Shown: positions 29,271 through 38,386 of the stretch, in pieces
Position numbering within the stretch: position 1 is the first letter of the stretch
How the letters are laid out: each line of letters opens with the position of its first letter
Assembly: GCA_963664405.1 (NCBI GenBank)
Contig: OY761158.1
Coordinates: 1,024,001-1,088,000, forward strand
Direction: 5' to 3'
Source: Thermoanaerobaculia bacterium
GTDB taxonomy: Bacteria > Acidobacteriota > Thermoanaerobaculia > Multivoradales > Multivoraceae
Length of the DNA: 64,000 nucleotides
The notes under the pieces: generated by a model
The model's database searches: none
Told to the model about the DNA's origin: nothing
What the model saw: the letters and a program-made list of their open reading frames with translations, nothing else
Program-made: the position numbers and the translations under genes

Positions 29271-31673
29271 TCAGCGACGGCGAAACCCGCCGCCGCCACG
29301 AGAGCGGCCCCCGCCGTACCCTCCAGAGGAGCGACCGTAGGAGCCGCTGTAGCCGCCCGAGGAGCGCCAGCTGCTCGAGCTGGTCGCTCGGCTGCTGCCT
29401 CGGTCACGGCTCGAAGCACTCCGGTTCAAGTCCGAGACGACGTCGCTGCTTCGACGTTGGGTTCCCTGGGTGGTCGAGGCCCGATCGCTAGCCGCTTGAC
29501 GCTGCTGGTCGCTGACATTGCCCCCGCGATCTTGCGCCGCGTCTCCCGCGCGATCGCGCGCCGCGTCGCGCTGAGACCCGTCCCCTTCAACGCCTTCCCA
29601 ACCGCCGTCGCCATACTTGGACCAACCGCCCTCTTCACCACGCCGATACACCTCTCCATCGCGACCGACATAGAGGTTGTCTTCGCCTTTGACGATGCCG
29701 GCCCGCGAATCTCCCCGGCGCACGCCGATGGCGCCGGTACCCTCTGAGGTGCGAACGCCGCGCACCGTCCCGCGCTCGTCCGAGTAATAGCCGCCCTTGG
29801 CCCACTGGTCCCCGCGCTTCACCACACCCTCACCCCACGAGGAGTAGGGATCGGCGGACCGGTAGCCGCCGGCGCTGACCCCCGTGCGGGGATTGTAAGC
29901 CGTGCCCCACTTACTGGCACCACCGTAGCCATAGGCGTATCCACCACGAGCGTAGGTCCCAGTTCTCGGGTTGTAGGCAGCACCGACACCGACTCCACCG
30001 TAGGGTCCGTAAGCCGCATAGCCGCGCCCGTAAAAGCCGGTATTGGGGTTGTACCAGCTACCGGCACCGTAACTGTAGGGATAGGGATAGTAGATCGGGT
30101 ACGGGTAGTAGTAGGGGTTGTAGTACGGCGGGTAGTACCAGCCGGTCCCGAAGACGACCACGCCCGCGGTCACGTACATGCCCATGTAGCCCGGCGTGTA
30201 GCCATAAGTAACCGTGTCCGGCGTCTGGTCGTAGACGTAGACGTAGCTCGTGTGATGCACGGGCGAGTCCGCCGGGATGTCGTAGATCTCGTCGGGAACA
30301 GCCGTCGCGACCTGCCACGGGCCGGCCGGTGCCGAGCCAGTGAACCAAACGCCTTGATTGCACAGATAGTAGACGTCGCCCTGGCGAATCACGTCAGAGG
30401 CGGTGTTTACCGCATAGGCCAAGCCGGTACCTTCAATGTTGCGAAACTCGGGGTCTCCGACATAGGACACCTCGACACCCTTCGCCGCCGCTGCACGATC
30501 AACGGTGGCCAGGGTCGGGATCTGTGCCTCCAGCACGGCTTCTTCAGCCATTCGCGTGCCCGGTACCGAGGCGAGAACATGGCCCTTGGGATGACCCTCT
30601 GGGATTTCCGCCAACGCCGAGGGGATGCTATCCATCGCACTCTGCCACGGGCCCTCGGGCCCCGCAGCCCGAAACCACCGGCCGGAGACCAGGTAGTAGT
30701 ACTGCTGCTCGCCAATCACGAAAAAGAGATCGCTCTCAGTGTTGCTGACGAAAAGTAGGTCGGTATCGTTGATCGGCTCGAGCGCAGGATCGCCATCGAC
30801 AGCGATGAGCTCGGCGGGCTCCAGAGTCACGAAGAAGCGCGGCGGGGCGGCGGCGAGAGTTCGCGGTGGAATCGTGGCGAGTACCTCGCGGAAGTCTCCC
30901 GTCGCCGGCAGCTTGCGAATCGGTTTCGGTAGGTCGAGCGTCGCCGTCCACGGGCCTTCGATGGTGGTGGCCGTGTACCAGTAGCTGCCGTCACGAAGAT
31001 AGAAGGCCTGCTTCTTGGCGCCTTCCTTGCCATGACGGAAAACGTCCCAGTTGGTGTTGGCGGCAAAGAAGCCCTTGGACTTCTCCATATCTATCGGCAC
31101 CCAGACCGGCTCGCCGTCGAAGATCACGAGACGTGCAGCGGCGGTGCTGTAGAAAATCTTCGGAGGATCATCTTTGACCTTCACCTCTCGTACGCTCAGC
31201 TCCGAGTGGTCCATGGCAGCGGTGATGCGATCCAGAGAGAGGGCGACAGGCTCGGGGGGGAAGAGCTTGTGCAGCTCCTCTCTCATCCGCTCTTGGGTTA
31301 CGCCCTCCAAGGCGGGGAAGCGAACGTCGACAATCTCGACGCCATGGATATAGACGGTGCGGCTCTCCGAATCGACGTCGGTGTCGCCGCGCAGGCGAAG
31401 CGCCCCGACTACCGGCTCCTCCAGAGCCTCCGCACTCAGCACCAGAGCCATCGACACATCCAGCTTGCGAAACTTCTCCCAGGAGTGAATCTGTGGCTGG
31501 TAGATGGTCAGCGAGAAGTGGTCACCTTCTCGCACCCGCGGCCAGCCCTCATCGACAAGAGACGTGACCCCAGCCTCTTCGCTGGTCTCTTGAGCAGTGC
31601 TTACGCCCAAGGCTACCAGGGCCACGGCCGCCATTACGCACAAGGCGAGTTTCGATCGAGCTGTCATTTCCAA
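29271..31673 (-). CDS. Large secreted hypothetical protein with WPR/YQPQ N-terminus, repeated W.....GPW units and G/Y-rich tail
   Basis: Signal peptide; GWPR, IYQPQ, NT..D.F, L.SGRWF, V..G.GWYYPP, YNP.TG repeats, RGGG tail. Confidence 0.8.
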   Translation of the reverse strand: MEMTARSKLALCVMAAVALVALGVSTAQETSEEAGVTSLVDEGWPRVREGDHFSLTIYQPQIHSWEKFRKLDVSMALVLSAEALEEPVVGALRLRGDTDVDSESRTVYIHGVEIVDVRFPALEGVTQERMREELHKLFPPEPVALSLDRITAAMDHSELSVREVKVKDDPPKIFYSTAAARLVIFDGEPVWVPIDMEKSKGFFAANTNWDVFRHGKEGAKKQAFYLRDGSYWYTATTIEGPWTATLDLPKPIRKLPATGDFREVLATIPPRTLAAAPPRFFVTLEPAELIAVDGDPALEPINDTDLLFVSNTESDLFFVIGEQQYYYLVSGRWFRAAGPEGPWQSAMDSIPSALAEIPEGHPKGHVLASVPGTRMAEEAVLEAQIPTLATVDRAAAAKGVEVSYVGDPEFRNIEGTGLAYAVNTASDVIRQGDVYYLCNQGVWFTGSAPAGPWQVATAVPDEIYDIPADSPVHHTSYVYVYDQTPDTVTYGYTPGYMGMYVTAGVVVFGTGWYYPPYYNPYYYPYPIYYPYPYSYGAGSWYNPNTGFYGRGYAAYGPYGGVGVGAAYNPRTGTYARGGYAYGYGGASKWGTAYNPRTGVSAGGYRSADPYSSWGEGVVKRGDQWAKGGYYSDERGTVRGVRTSEGTGAIGVRRGDSRAGIVKGEDNLYVGRDGEVYRRGEEGGWSKYGDGGWEGVEGDGSQRDAARDRAGDAAQDRGGNVSDQQRQAASDRASTTQGTQRRSSDVVSDLNRSASSRDRGSSRATSSSSWRSSGGYSGSYGRSSGGYGGGRSRGGGGFRRR

Positions 31674-31681
31674 GTCTCCTA

Positions 31682-32233
31682 CTACCGACGACTCGCCGGG
31701 TTGCTCGGCGGATCGATGAATTCGTTCGTCTTCTCTACCCGAACAAGCGGCAGAGCATCGGAGATTCCCGCCTTGATCAAGACTTCCATCTGATTCTCGA
31801 GCTGGAAGAAGCGACCCACCGTCTTCGCCGGCAGCTCATCCAGGAAGCGAGCGACCCATCGGCTCTTGGTGTCGAGCTCCTCCTGGCGAAGGGCGAGAAA
31901 CTCGTCGAGGAGCTCTGTTGCTTCTTCGTCGCTAAGGGTGCGGTAGCTAGAGACAAATCTTTCGTACAGGTCGACGGCCCAGTCGCCAACGTAAGTGACA
32001 TCTTCGTTGTACTCCCGATAGAGCGGCCAAAAGACGGCCTCTTCGTCGGTACTCAAAGGCAGGCTGCCACGGATGAAGGATTCCCGATCACGCCGCATCT
32101 CGGAGCGTACTCGATCCGAAACCAGAGGTTCCTGGGCAGACACGGTGGCGGCCGGAACCAGCAGCATCACGACCCAGAGAAAAATCCAAACTCGAAGTCT
32201 CTTCACCCATACCTCCTCGCCGTTCCACGGCAC
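31682..32233 (-). CDS. Hypothetical helical secreted protein
   Basis: L...E...FWPLY.EY, RFFQLE; 8 bp gap to the downstream gene. Confidence 0.7.
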   Translation of the reverse strand: MPWNGEEVWVKRLRVWIFLWVVMLLVPAATVSAQEPLVSDRVRSEMRRDRESFIRGSLPLSTDEEAVFWPLYREYNEDVTYVGDWAVDLYERFVSSYRTLSDEEATELLDEFLALRQEELDTKSRWVARFLDELPAKTVGRFFQLENQMEVLIKAGISDALPLVRVEKTNEFIDPPSNPASRR

Positions 32234-32283
32234 TTCAACGGCCCATCCTACCCGGGAAAAGGGTCATTCGTACATCTCGACCA

Positions 32284-32313
32284 CGCTATCATTGTGATAT
32301 CATATTGAAATCA
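32284..32313 (+). promoter_or_regulatory. Putative operator: three TGATATCA-like boxes at 11 bp period
   Basis: cgctatca-ttg-tgatatca-tat-tgaaatca upstream of the SPFH/RHH operon. Confidence 0.55.
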
Positions 32314-32336
32314 TAGATGAAGACTGGAGGTAAACG

Positions 32337-33224
32337 ATGACGATCACCGAAAGAGCCCACAAAGCGATGCCTGGATGGATCCCCCTACTGGTAATGCTCG
32401 GACTCGTCGCTGGCGCGATCTTCGCTTTCTACACCCTCGCCAATACAGGGCGTCTGCCCCTTCTCTTCGAAGGCATCGTCCTGCTGATTGTCTTGCTGCT
32501 CTTCGGCGCCTACAGAGGCTCGATAAAGAAGTCGGGATTCTTCTGGGTGAATCCCTTCTACTCCAAGAAGAAGATCTCATTGCGCGTGCGCAACTTCGAG
32601 ACCAGCTCCATCAAGTCTCCCGAGACCCGCAACGATATGGGGAAAGTGGTGAAGGCAGCGGCCCGAACATCCGGAAAGCCCTCGAAGGTCAACGATCGCG
32701 ACGGTAATCCGATCGAGATCTCCGCCGTTGTGGTCTGGCGGGTGGTTGACACCGCCGAGGCGCTCTTCCAAGTCGACGACTATGAGGATTTCGTCCAAGT
32801 GCAGAGCGACTCTGCCTTGCGAATGCTAGCGAGTCGCCATCCCTACGACAGCGAGGACACCGAGGTCTCCCTGCGAGGCAATACCGTGGAGGTCTGCCAG
32901 CAGCTTCGCCAAGACATCCAGGAGCGGCTGAGCAAGGCGGGCGTAGAGGTCATCGAAGCCCGGATCAGCCACCTCGCATACGCCCCAGAGATCGCAGCCG
33001 CCATGCTTCAGCGCCAGCAGGCCCAGGCGGTCGTCGCGGCTCGGACCAAAATCGTCGAGGGCGCGGTGGGGATGGTCCAGATGGCACTCGATCACCTCCA
33101 GCGCGATGGCATCGTAGAGCTCGACGACGAGCGCCGTGCGACCATGGTGTCGAACCTACTGGTCGTTCTCTGCAGCGATCGACACACCCAACCGGTGGTC
33201 AATGCAGGCTCGCTCTACAACTAG
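32337..33224 (+). CDS. SPFH/band 7 domain protein
   Basis: [49 protein letters not shown]. Confidence 0.9.
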   Translation: MTITERAHKAMPGWIPLLVMLGLVAGAIFAFYTLANTGRLPLLFEGIVLLIVLLLFGAYRGSIKKSGFFWVNPFYSKKKISLRVRNFETSSIKSPETRNDMGKVVKAAARTSGKPSKVNDRDGNPIEISAVVVWRVVDTAEALFQVDDYEDFVQVQSDSALRMLASRHPYDSEDTEVSLRGNTVEVCQQLRQDIQERLSKAGVEVIEARISHLAYAPEIAAAMLQRQQAQAVVAARTKIVEGAVGMVQMALDHLQRDGIVELDDERRATMVSNLLVVLCSDRHTQPVVNAGSLYN

Positions 33225-33248
33225 AGTCGGCCCCCGGAACTAACTCTC

Positions 33249-33425
33249 ATGGCCCGCACTTCCTTTCTATTGCGAACCGACCCCAGAGTTCTGGAAGCCC
33301 TGCGTCGCTGGGCTCAGGACGAGCTGCGCAGTACCAACGGACAGCTGGATTTCATCCTCAGACGGGCGCTGCGGGATGCTGGCAGGGAACCGGGGGAGAG
33401 AGACGAAGTAAGAAGTAAGCAGTAA
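33249..33425 (+). CDS. Arc-like ribbon-helix-helix DNA-binding protein (58 aa, not in ORF track)
   Basis: MARTSFLLRTDPRVLEALRRWAQDELRSTNGQLDFILRRAL; usual partner of this SPFH subfamily. Confidence 0.85.
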   Translation: MARTSFLLRTDPRVLEALRRWAQDELRSTNGQLDFILRRALRDAGREPGERDEVRSKQ

Positions 33426-33441
33426 AGCAGTAAAGCAGTAA
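33405..33441 (+). repeat. Heptamer/octamer tract locus 9
   Basis: gaagtaagaagtaagcagtaaagcagtaaagcagtaa. Confidence 0.8.
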
Positions 33442-33458
33442 ATGGTGAGCGTGCGGGT

Positions 33459-33747
33459 GGGCTCGAGGGCGCGCTCGATCCCGAGCGGTCCGACTTCAGC
33501 GGGATCACTCCCGCGCCCGAAGGTCTCGTCCTCTCCGAGGTCGTTCATCAGGCTTGGATAAAGGTGCGAGCACGGTACCGAGGCCGCCGCGGCAACGGCG
33601 ATCATGATGGCGGCAATCGGTATGCCGGAGGATCCCGAAGTGCCGAGTCCCTTTGTCCTCGATCGGCCTTTCTACTTCGTTGTCCAGAAGCGATCAACAG
33701 GAGCTGTGCTCTTCGTCGGGCGCATTCTCGATCCAACCAAGAGCTGA
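33459..33747 (+). pseudogene. Serpin C-terminal remnant
   Basis: Manual translation SDFSGI..LVLSEVVHQAWIKV / EHGTEAAAATAI...FVLDRPFYFVV...TGAVLFVGRILDP*; frameshift near 33566; no 5' part. Confidence 0.85.
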
Positions 33748-33852
33748 CAGCGAGGCGAGCGATCTCAGCCGAGAGGCCGGTTCAAGAGGGCGAGATGAGG
33801 ACGCCCGATATACTCGAGAGACAGAAAGACTCTGAAAGGGAGGCCTCGGTCA

Positions 33853-34914
33853 ATGAGTGGACCGCACCTGAGAAGCGCTACAACGAAGAGTGCAATCCTC
33901 GCGCTGGTGCTTGGAGGTCTGCTCATCGCGGCCACGAGCCCGGCTGCTGAAAGTGACCGTCCCGCCGCGCCGCGCTCCTCGGACGGTCGGCCGGATCTGG
34001 AGGGAGTCTGGGATTTCCGAACCCTGACTCCTCTCGAAAGACCGAAAGACACGGTTGAGAAGGCCCAGCTGACGGAAAATGAGGTGGTCGAGATCGAGAC
34101 CAAGGCCGCCGCCCGCACGCAAGAGCAGGATCGGCCGAGTGACCCTGATCGCGGGGCGCCGCCGGAGGGCGCCGGCGTGGGCTCCTACAACAGCTTCTGG
34201 TACGACCAGGGTGCTCTGGTCAGCGAAGATCGCCGCACTTCGCGGATCGTCGACCCTCCGAACGGTCGACTGCCCGCGGTGCATCCTGGGGTGAAGAGAC
34301 AGATGCTTGGCGACGACCTGCCGCCGGATCTGCCGGTACGACTGCGAGTCGGCGGAATCGGCTCCTATGGCCCTGAGAGTCGCGGCCTGGCGGAGCGGTG
34401 CCTACTGGGGTTCAACATCGGCCCGCCGATCATGCCCGGCGGCTACAACCAGAACATCAGGATCGTGCAAACGAAGGATCACCTGATGATCCTCAATGAA
34501 ATGGTCCACGAAGCGAGGATCGTTCCGATCGACGGTCGGGGACGTGTGCCGATGCATATCCGCCCGTGGACCGGCTCCTCGCTGGGGCACTGGGATGGCG
34601 ACACCCTGGTTGTCGACACGGTGAACTTCAAGGATGAGCTCTCGAGCTTCTCGGCAACCGTCTTCGCGGCAGTGGGCTCGGCGAAGCACATGCGCCTCAC
34701 CAAGCGCTTTCGGCGCCTCGACGAGGGCACTCTCCACTATGAGTTCACTGTCGACGACCCTGCAACCTATTCCCGACCGTTCACTGCTGTCATGCTTATG
34801 AAAGAGACCGGGCAGCGGGTCTTCGAGTACGCCTGCCACGAGGGAAACTACGGCATGCGCAACATGCTCTCCGGCGCCCGAGCGCAGGAGAAGATGACCG
34901 CAGAGAGCAACTAG
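33853..34914 (+). CDS. Uncharacterised secreted protein, 'EYACHEGN' family (paralog 1)
   Basis: PR..DGRPDL.G.W, TPLERP, RTS.I.DPP.GR.P, WDGDTLVVDT, FEYACHEGNY. Confidence 0.8.
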   Translation: MSGPHLRSATTKSAILALVLGGLLIAATSPAAESDRPAAPRSSDGRPDLEGVWDFRTLTPLERPKDTVEKAQLTENEVVEIETKAAARTQEQDRPSDPDRGAPPEGAGVGSYNSFWYDQGALVSEDRRTSRIVDPPNGRLPAVHPGVKRQMLGDDLPPDLPVRLRVGGIGSYGPESRGLAERCLLGFNIGPPIMPGGYNQNIRIVQTKDHLMILNEMVHEARIVPIDGRGRVPMHIRPWTGSSLGHWDGDTLVVDTVNFKDELSSFSATVFAAVGSAKHMRLTKRFRRLDEGTLHYEFTVDDPATYSRPFTAVMLMKETGQRVFEYACHEGNYGMRNMLSGARAQEKMTAESN

Positions 34915-35070
34915 CGGTCACAAGTACGGTTACCTTCGAGCGACGATGCGCCTCGCCAGCAAGGCGCGCGACTGAGGCGTACCCGGGGGTACGTCGCAGG
35001 GAGCGCAACGCTGGTGGAGAGGATGCAGCGTCGTTCCAAACGTGGCCGTATTTGTGACCGCATGTACTAG
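34911..35070. mobile_element. Fold-back MITE-like element
   Basis: GCGGTCACAAGTACGGTTAC.../...GTGGCCGTATTTGTGACCGC arms; core CAAGGCGCGCGACTGAGGCGTAC..GTACGTCGCAGGGAGCGCAACGC; CTAG at both ends. Confidence 0.7.
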
Positions 35071-35471
35071 GCGGGGGTGGTCGAGGGAGTCGGCTCTGCA
35101 GCGGCCGCCAGCCGAAGCTCACCTCGAGCAGGGGAGCGCTCCAGGACGAGATCGATCACCGAGCCACTGAAGGTCTCCCACCGCTGCTCGCGAGCGGAGT
35201 GGAGCCAGTAGCGGAACGATGTAGTGATCGCTCCCATCAGCGTCGTCGCCAGTAGCTTGGAATGGAGATCGGACTCGGCCTCGCGGCCGGCGTCGCGAGA
35301 CAGGTGCTCCGCCAGGACCCTCTCCCACGCTCTCTGCGTACTGAGCCACGCGGCCTCCAGCTCCGGAGTCGCGTGGATCAGCCTGAGCGACTCGAGTGCG
35401 ATCTCGATCCCGTTCTCCGAAGCGAGCCCGGCATGGTCCGAAAAGATGTCCCAGCTCAGGTAGTACTCGCG
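35067..35471 (-). pseudogene. TetR-family (MftR-like) C-terminal domain remnant, HTH missing
   Basis: Manual translation LRLIHATPELEAAWL...WERVLAEHL.R....DL..KLLA...MGA......W; in-frame TAA upstream and no start codon. Confidence 0.6.
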
Positions 35472-35504
35472 CCTACGTTACGAAAAAAGGCGAGAAATAG
35501 TGGA

Positions 35505-37181
35505 TTAGGCCCCCGGGTCGCGCCCGACCGTGCCGTCAACGACGACGCTCAAGAGACTCGGCTTGCCACTGGCGATCTCCGCTTCGACAGCCGGCCCGAC
35601 CTCGTCCGGCTCGGTGATGCGCCTCGCCGACATGCCAAGGGACTGCGCAAGCTGAACGAAGTCGATCGCGGGGTTCTTGAAGTCCATACCGATGAACTCG
35701 TCGTTCTGGTGGAAGGCAAGCAGCCGCTGCTTGAGGATCCGATAGCCGCCATTGTCGGCAATCAGATAGGTCAGCGGCAGATTGTGGTGCACAGCGGTCC
35801 ACAGCGCCTGGATCGAGTACATCGCACTGCCGTCGCCGATTACAGCGAGCACCGGCCGCTCGCGATTGGCAAGCTGGATGCCGACCGCGGCCGCGATGCC
35901 CCAGCCGATGCCACCACTCACCAGCCCGTAGTAGCTACCTCGGTCGCGATAAGGCCAGAGGCTGGTGAGCGCTCGAGTCGAGGTGAGGCCCTCGTCAACC
36001 ACGACTGCATCCTTCGGCAGGGCTTCGGTGACGCGCAGCATCACGTAGTCGGGGTCGAGCGGTCTCGCCTCGCCCATCGCTAGGGCCGACTCGCGTACCC
36101 GTTCACGCTTCGCGCTCCAGTTGTGATCCGCCAAGCCTGTCAACGCCGCCCTCGCTGCCGCCGCAAGACTCTCGCCTCCCCTCGCTTCGAGTAGAGGGTT
36201 CAGAGCTCGCAGCGTTTCCCGGACGTCGCTGCGCAGCGCGATCTCGGTGGGATAGTTCTTGCCCATCTCCCAATCTCGTTGGCCGATCTGGACCACGGCC
36301 ATGCCCTCGGGCAGCGGGTCGACCTCATGCCACACCGACATGCGCAGCACATCGGCACCGAGTACGATCAAGAGATCGTGCTGTGCGAGGATATTGTGCA
36401 CCCTGGGCTGGTGACGGTCGAGGCCGCCCATGAACGCAGGGTGCTCGGAGAGATAGTGGGCGCCGTGGGCAACCGTCTGTTGATACACCGGGGCGCCGAG
36501 GATCTCAGCGAAGCGAGCGGCTTGCGCCAGGGCGTCGCTGGTCGCCACCTCGTGACCGCTGATGATCACCGGGCTCTTGGCTTGTAGGAGGCGCTCAGCG
36601 AAGCCTTCGAGTGAGGCATCGGAAGGTCGGCTTGCGGCGTCCACGCGGGTCCTGGTGCCGAGATCGATCGTCGCCTCCTGATTGAGCACATCTCCTGGGA
36701 GGGAGAGGAAGACCGGACCTGTCGGCGGCGTCGTCGCAACCTTGGCGGCGCGGCGTACGATGCGGGGAAGGTCCTCGATTCGGCTCACCTCGACCGCCCA
36801 TTTCACGAGCGGCGCGGCGATCGGCACCAAGGAGTCGTACAGGAGCGGCTCCGTGAGACCGTGGCCCTGCTCCTGTTGGCCGGCGGTGAGGATCATCGGG
36901 GTGCCGGTGAACTTGGCGTTGTAGAGGGCGCCCATGGCGTTGCCGAGCCCCGGCGCGACGTGCACGTTGCAGGCGACGAGCTGGCCCGACGCTCGAGAGA
37001 AGCCATCGGCCATTCCCAGCACCACGGACTCCTGCAAGCCTAGGACATAGGTCAAGTCCTGGTGCTCTTTGAGAGCGTGCATGATTGGCAGCTCGGTCGT
37101 GCCCGGGTTGCCGAAGAGGTGGGTGACGCCCTCGTCCTTCAGTAGGGTCAAAAAAGCCGACCGGCCATTGATGGAGATCAT
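35505..37181 (-). CDS. Thiamine pyrophosphate-dependent enzyme (benzoylformate decarboxylase-like)
   Basis: FGNPGTTELP, LGLQE...GMADG, H.APGLGNAMG, GDGSAMY..QALW, N.GY.ILK. Confidence 0.9.
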   Translation of the reverse strand: MISINGRSAFLTLLKDEGVTHLFGNPGTTELPIMHALKEHQDLTYVLGLQESVVLGMADGFSRASGQLVACNVHVAPGLGNAMGALYNAKFTGTPMILTAGQQEQGHGLTEPLLYDSLVPIAAPLVKWAVEVSRIEDLPRIVRRAAKVATTPPTGPVFLSLPGDVLNQEATIDLGTRTRVDAASRPSDASLEGFAERLLQAKSPVIISGHEVATSDALAQAARFAEILGAPVYQQTVAHGAHYLSEHPAFMGGLDRHQPRVHNILAQHDLLIVLGADVLRMSVWHEVDPLPEGMAVVQIGQRDWEMGKNYPTEIALRSDVRETLRALNPLLEARGGESLAAAARAALTGLADHNWSAKRERVRESALAMGEARPLDPDYVMLRVTEALPKDAVVVDEGLTSTRALTSLWPYRDRGSYYGLVSGGIGWGIAAAVGIQLANRERPVLAVIGDGSAMYSIQALWTAVHHNLPLTYLIADNGGYRILKQRLLAFHQNDEFIGMDFKNPAIDFVQLAQSLGMSARRITEPDEVGPAVEAEIASGKPSLLSVVVDGTVGRDPGA

Positions 37182-37277
37182 CTTTGGCCGTCGAGATCAA
37201 TCGTTGAGGCTGTTTGACACCGAGAGCATCTGTTGAGAGTGTGAAACTAACATAGGGAATAGGCTCGAACCGTTCGC

Positions 37278-38333
37278 ATGCAGACAAGGATTACGATTCT
37301 TTGCGTAGCTCTCGGACTGGTCTACGTCCCGAGCTCAGGCGCCGAAGACGGCATCCCGCGCACAGAGAGCGGCAAGCCGGATCTGTCGGGCACCTACGAC
37401 ATCGCCAGTCTGACGCAGTTTGAGCGGCCGCAGGAGTACGGCGAGAGCCTCACAATGAGCGTCGAAGAGGCTCGGAGGATCGAGGCGGTAAAAGCCGACT
37501 CGACGGCTCAGGCTGACACTGCCAGCGATCCGGATCGCGGAGCACCGCCTGCGGGCGGCGACCTGCATCTGAGCCGTGTTGGCGGTCACAACCAGTGGTA
37601 CTTCGACCGTGGTACCACCGTTTTCGCCCTCGACGGGCTCTTCCGCACTTCGATCCTCACGGACCCGCCCAACGGGCGGCTGCCGGAGCTCACCGAAGCG
37701 GGCAAGGTGAATCATCCCTGGTCTCTCGGCTGCGGCAGAGGATCGTGCCGCCCCAGGGACTACCAAGGCCCGACCGGAGACGCCTGGTGGGTCGAAGCCG
37801 AAGACAACCTCTACGACAATCCCGAGGGGCAGACCCTCGGCACGCGCTGCATCTACTCAGGCGGTCCCACCGTCCCGATACGACCCGCCTCCTACAACAA
37901 CCTCAAGACGATCACCCAAACCGAGACCCATGTGGTCATCCTGGTCGAATGGATGCATTGGGCCCGCGTCGTCCGTCTCGACTCCATCCATCTACCGTCC
38001 GAGATGCGATCACTAGGAGGAGACTCGATTGGTTGGTGGGAAGGCGACACCCTGGTTGTGGACACCACCAATTTCCTCGCCTCTCCAACCGTTCCCCGAG
38101 AAGGGTTCCACGTCGTCGAGCGCTTCCGCCGCGTCGATGGCGACACCGTGCTTTACGAGTTCACGGTCGACGACCCCGACTACACGGCCCCTTTCAGCGG
38201 CTCCTTACCGTGGCCGCGGACCGACAAACGCCTCTTCGAGTACGCCTGCCACGAAGGCAACTACTCGATGGGGAATACGCTGCGCGGGGCGCGGTTATTG
38301 GAGCGAGAATGGAAAGATGAGCACGGGGGTTAA
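37278..38333 (+). CDS. Uncharacterised secreted protein, 'EYACHEGN' family (paralog 2)
   Basis: IPRTESGKPDLSG, RTSILTDPPNGR.P, WEGDTLVVDT, FEYACHEGNY. Confidence 0.8.
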   Translation: MQTRITILCVALGLVYVPSSGAEDGIPRTESGKPDLSGTYDIASLTQFERPQEYGESLTMSVEEARRIEAVKADSTAQADTASDPDRGAPPAGGDLHLSRVGGHNQWYFDRGTTVFALDGLFRTSILTDPPNGRLPELTEAGKVNHPWSLGCGRGSCRPRDYQGPTGDAWWVEAEDNLYDNPEGQTLGTRCIYSGGPTVPIRPASYNNLKTITQTETHVVILVEWMHWARVVRLDSIHLPSEMRSLGGDSIGWWEGDTLVVDTTNFLASPTVPREGFHVVERFRRVDGDTVLYEFTVDDPDYTAPFSGSLPWPRTDKRLFEYACHEGNYSMGNTLRGARLLEREWKDEHGG

Positions 38334-38386
38334 ACTACCTACTTCACAGCCCAAAGATCTCTACTAATCGCCAAGAGGATCCATCG

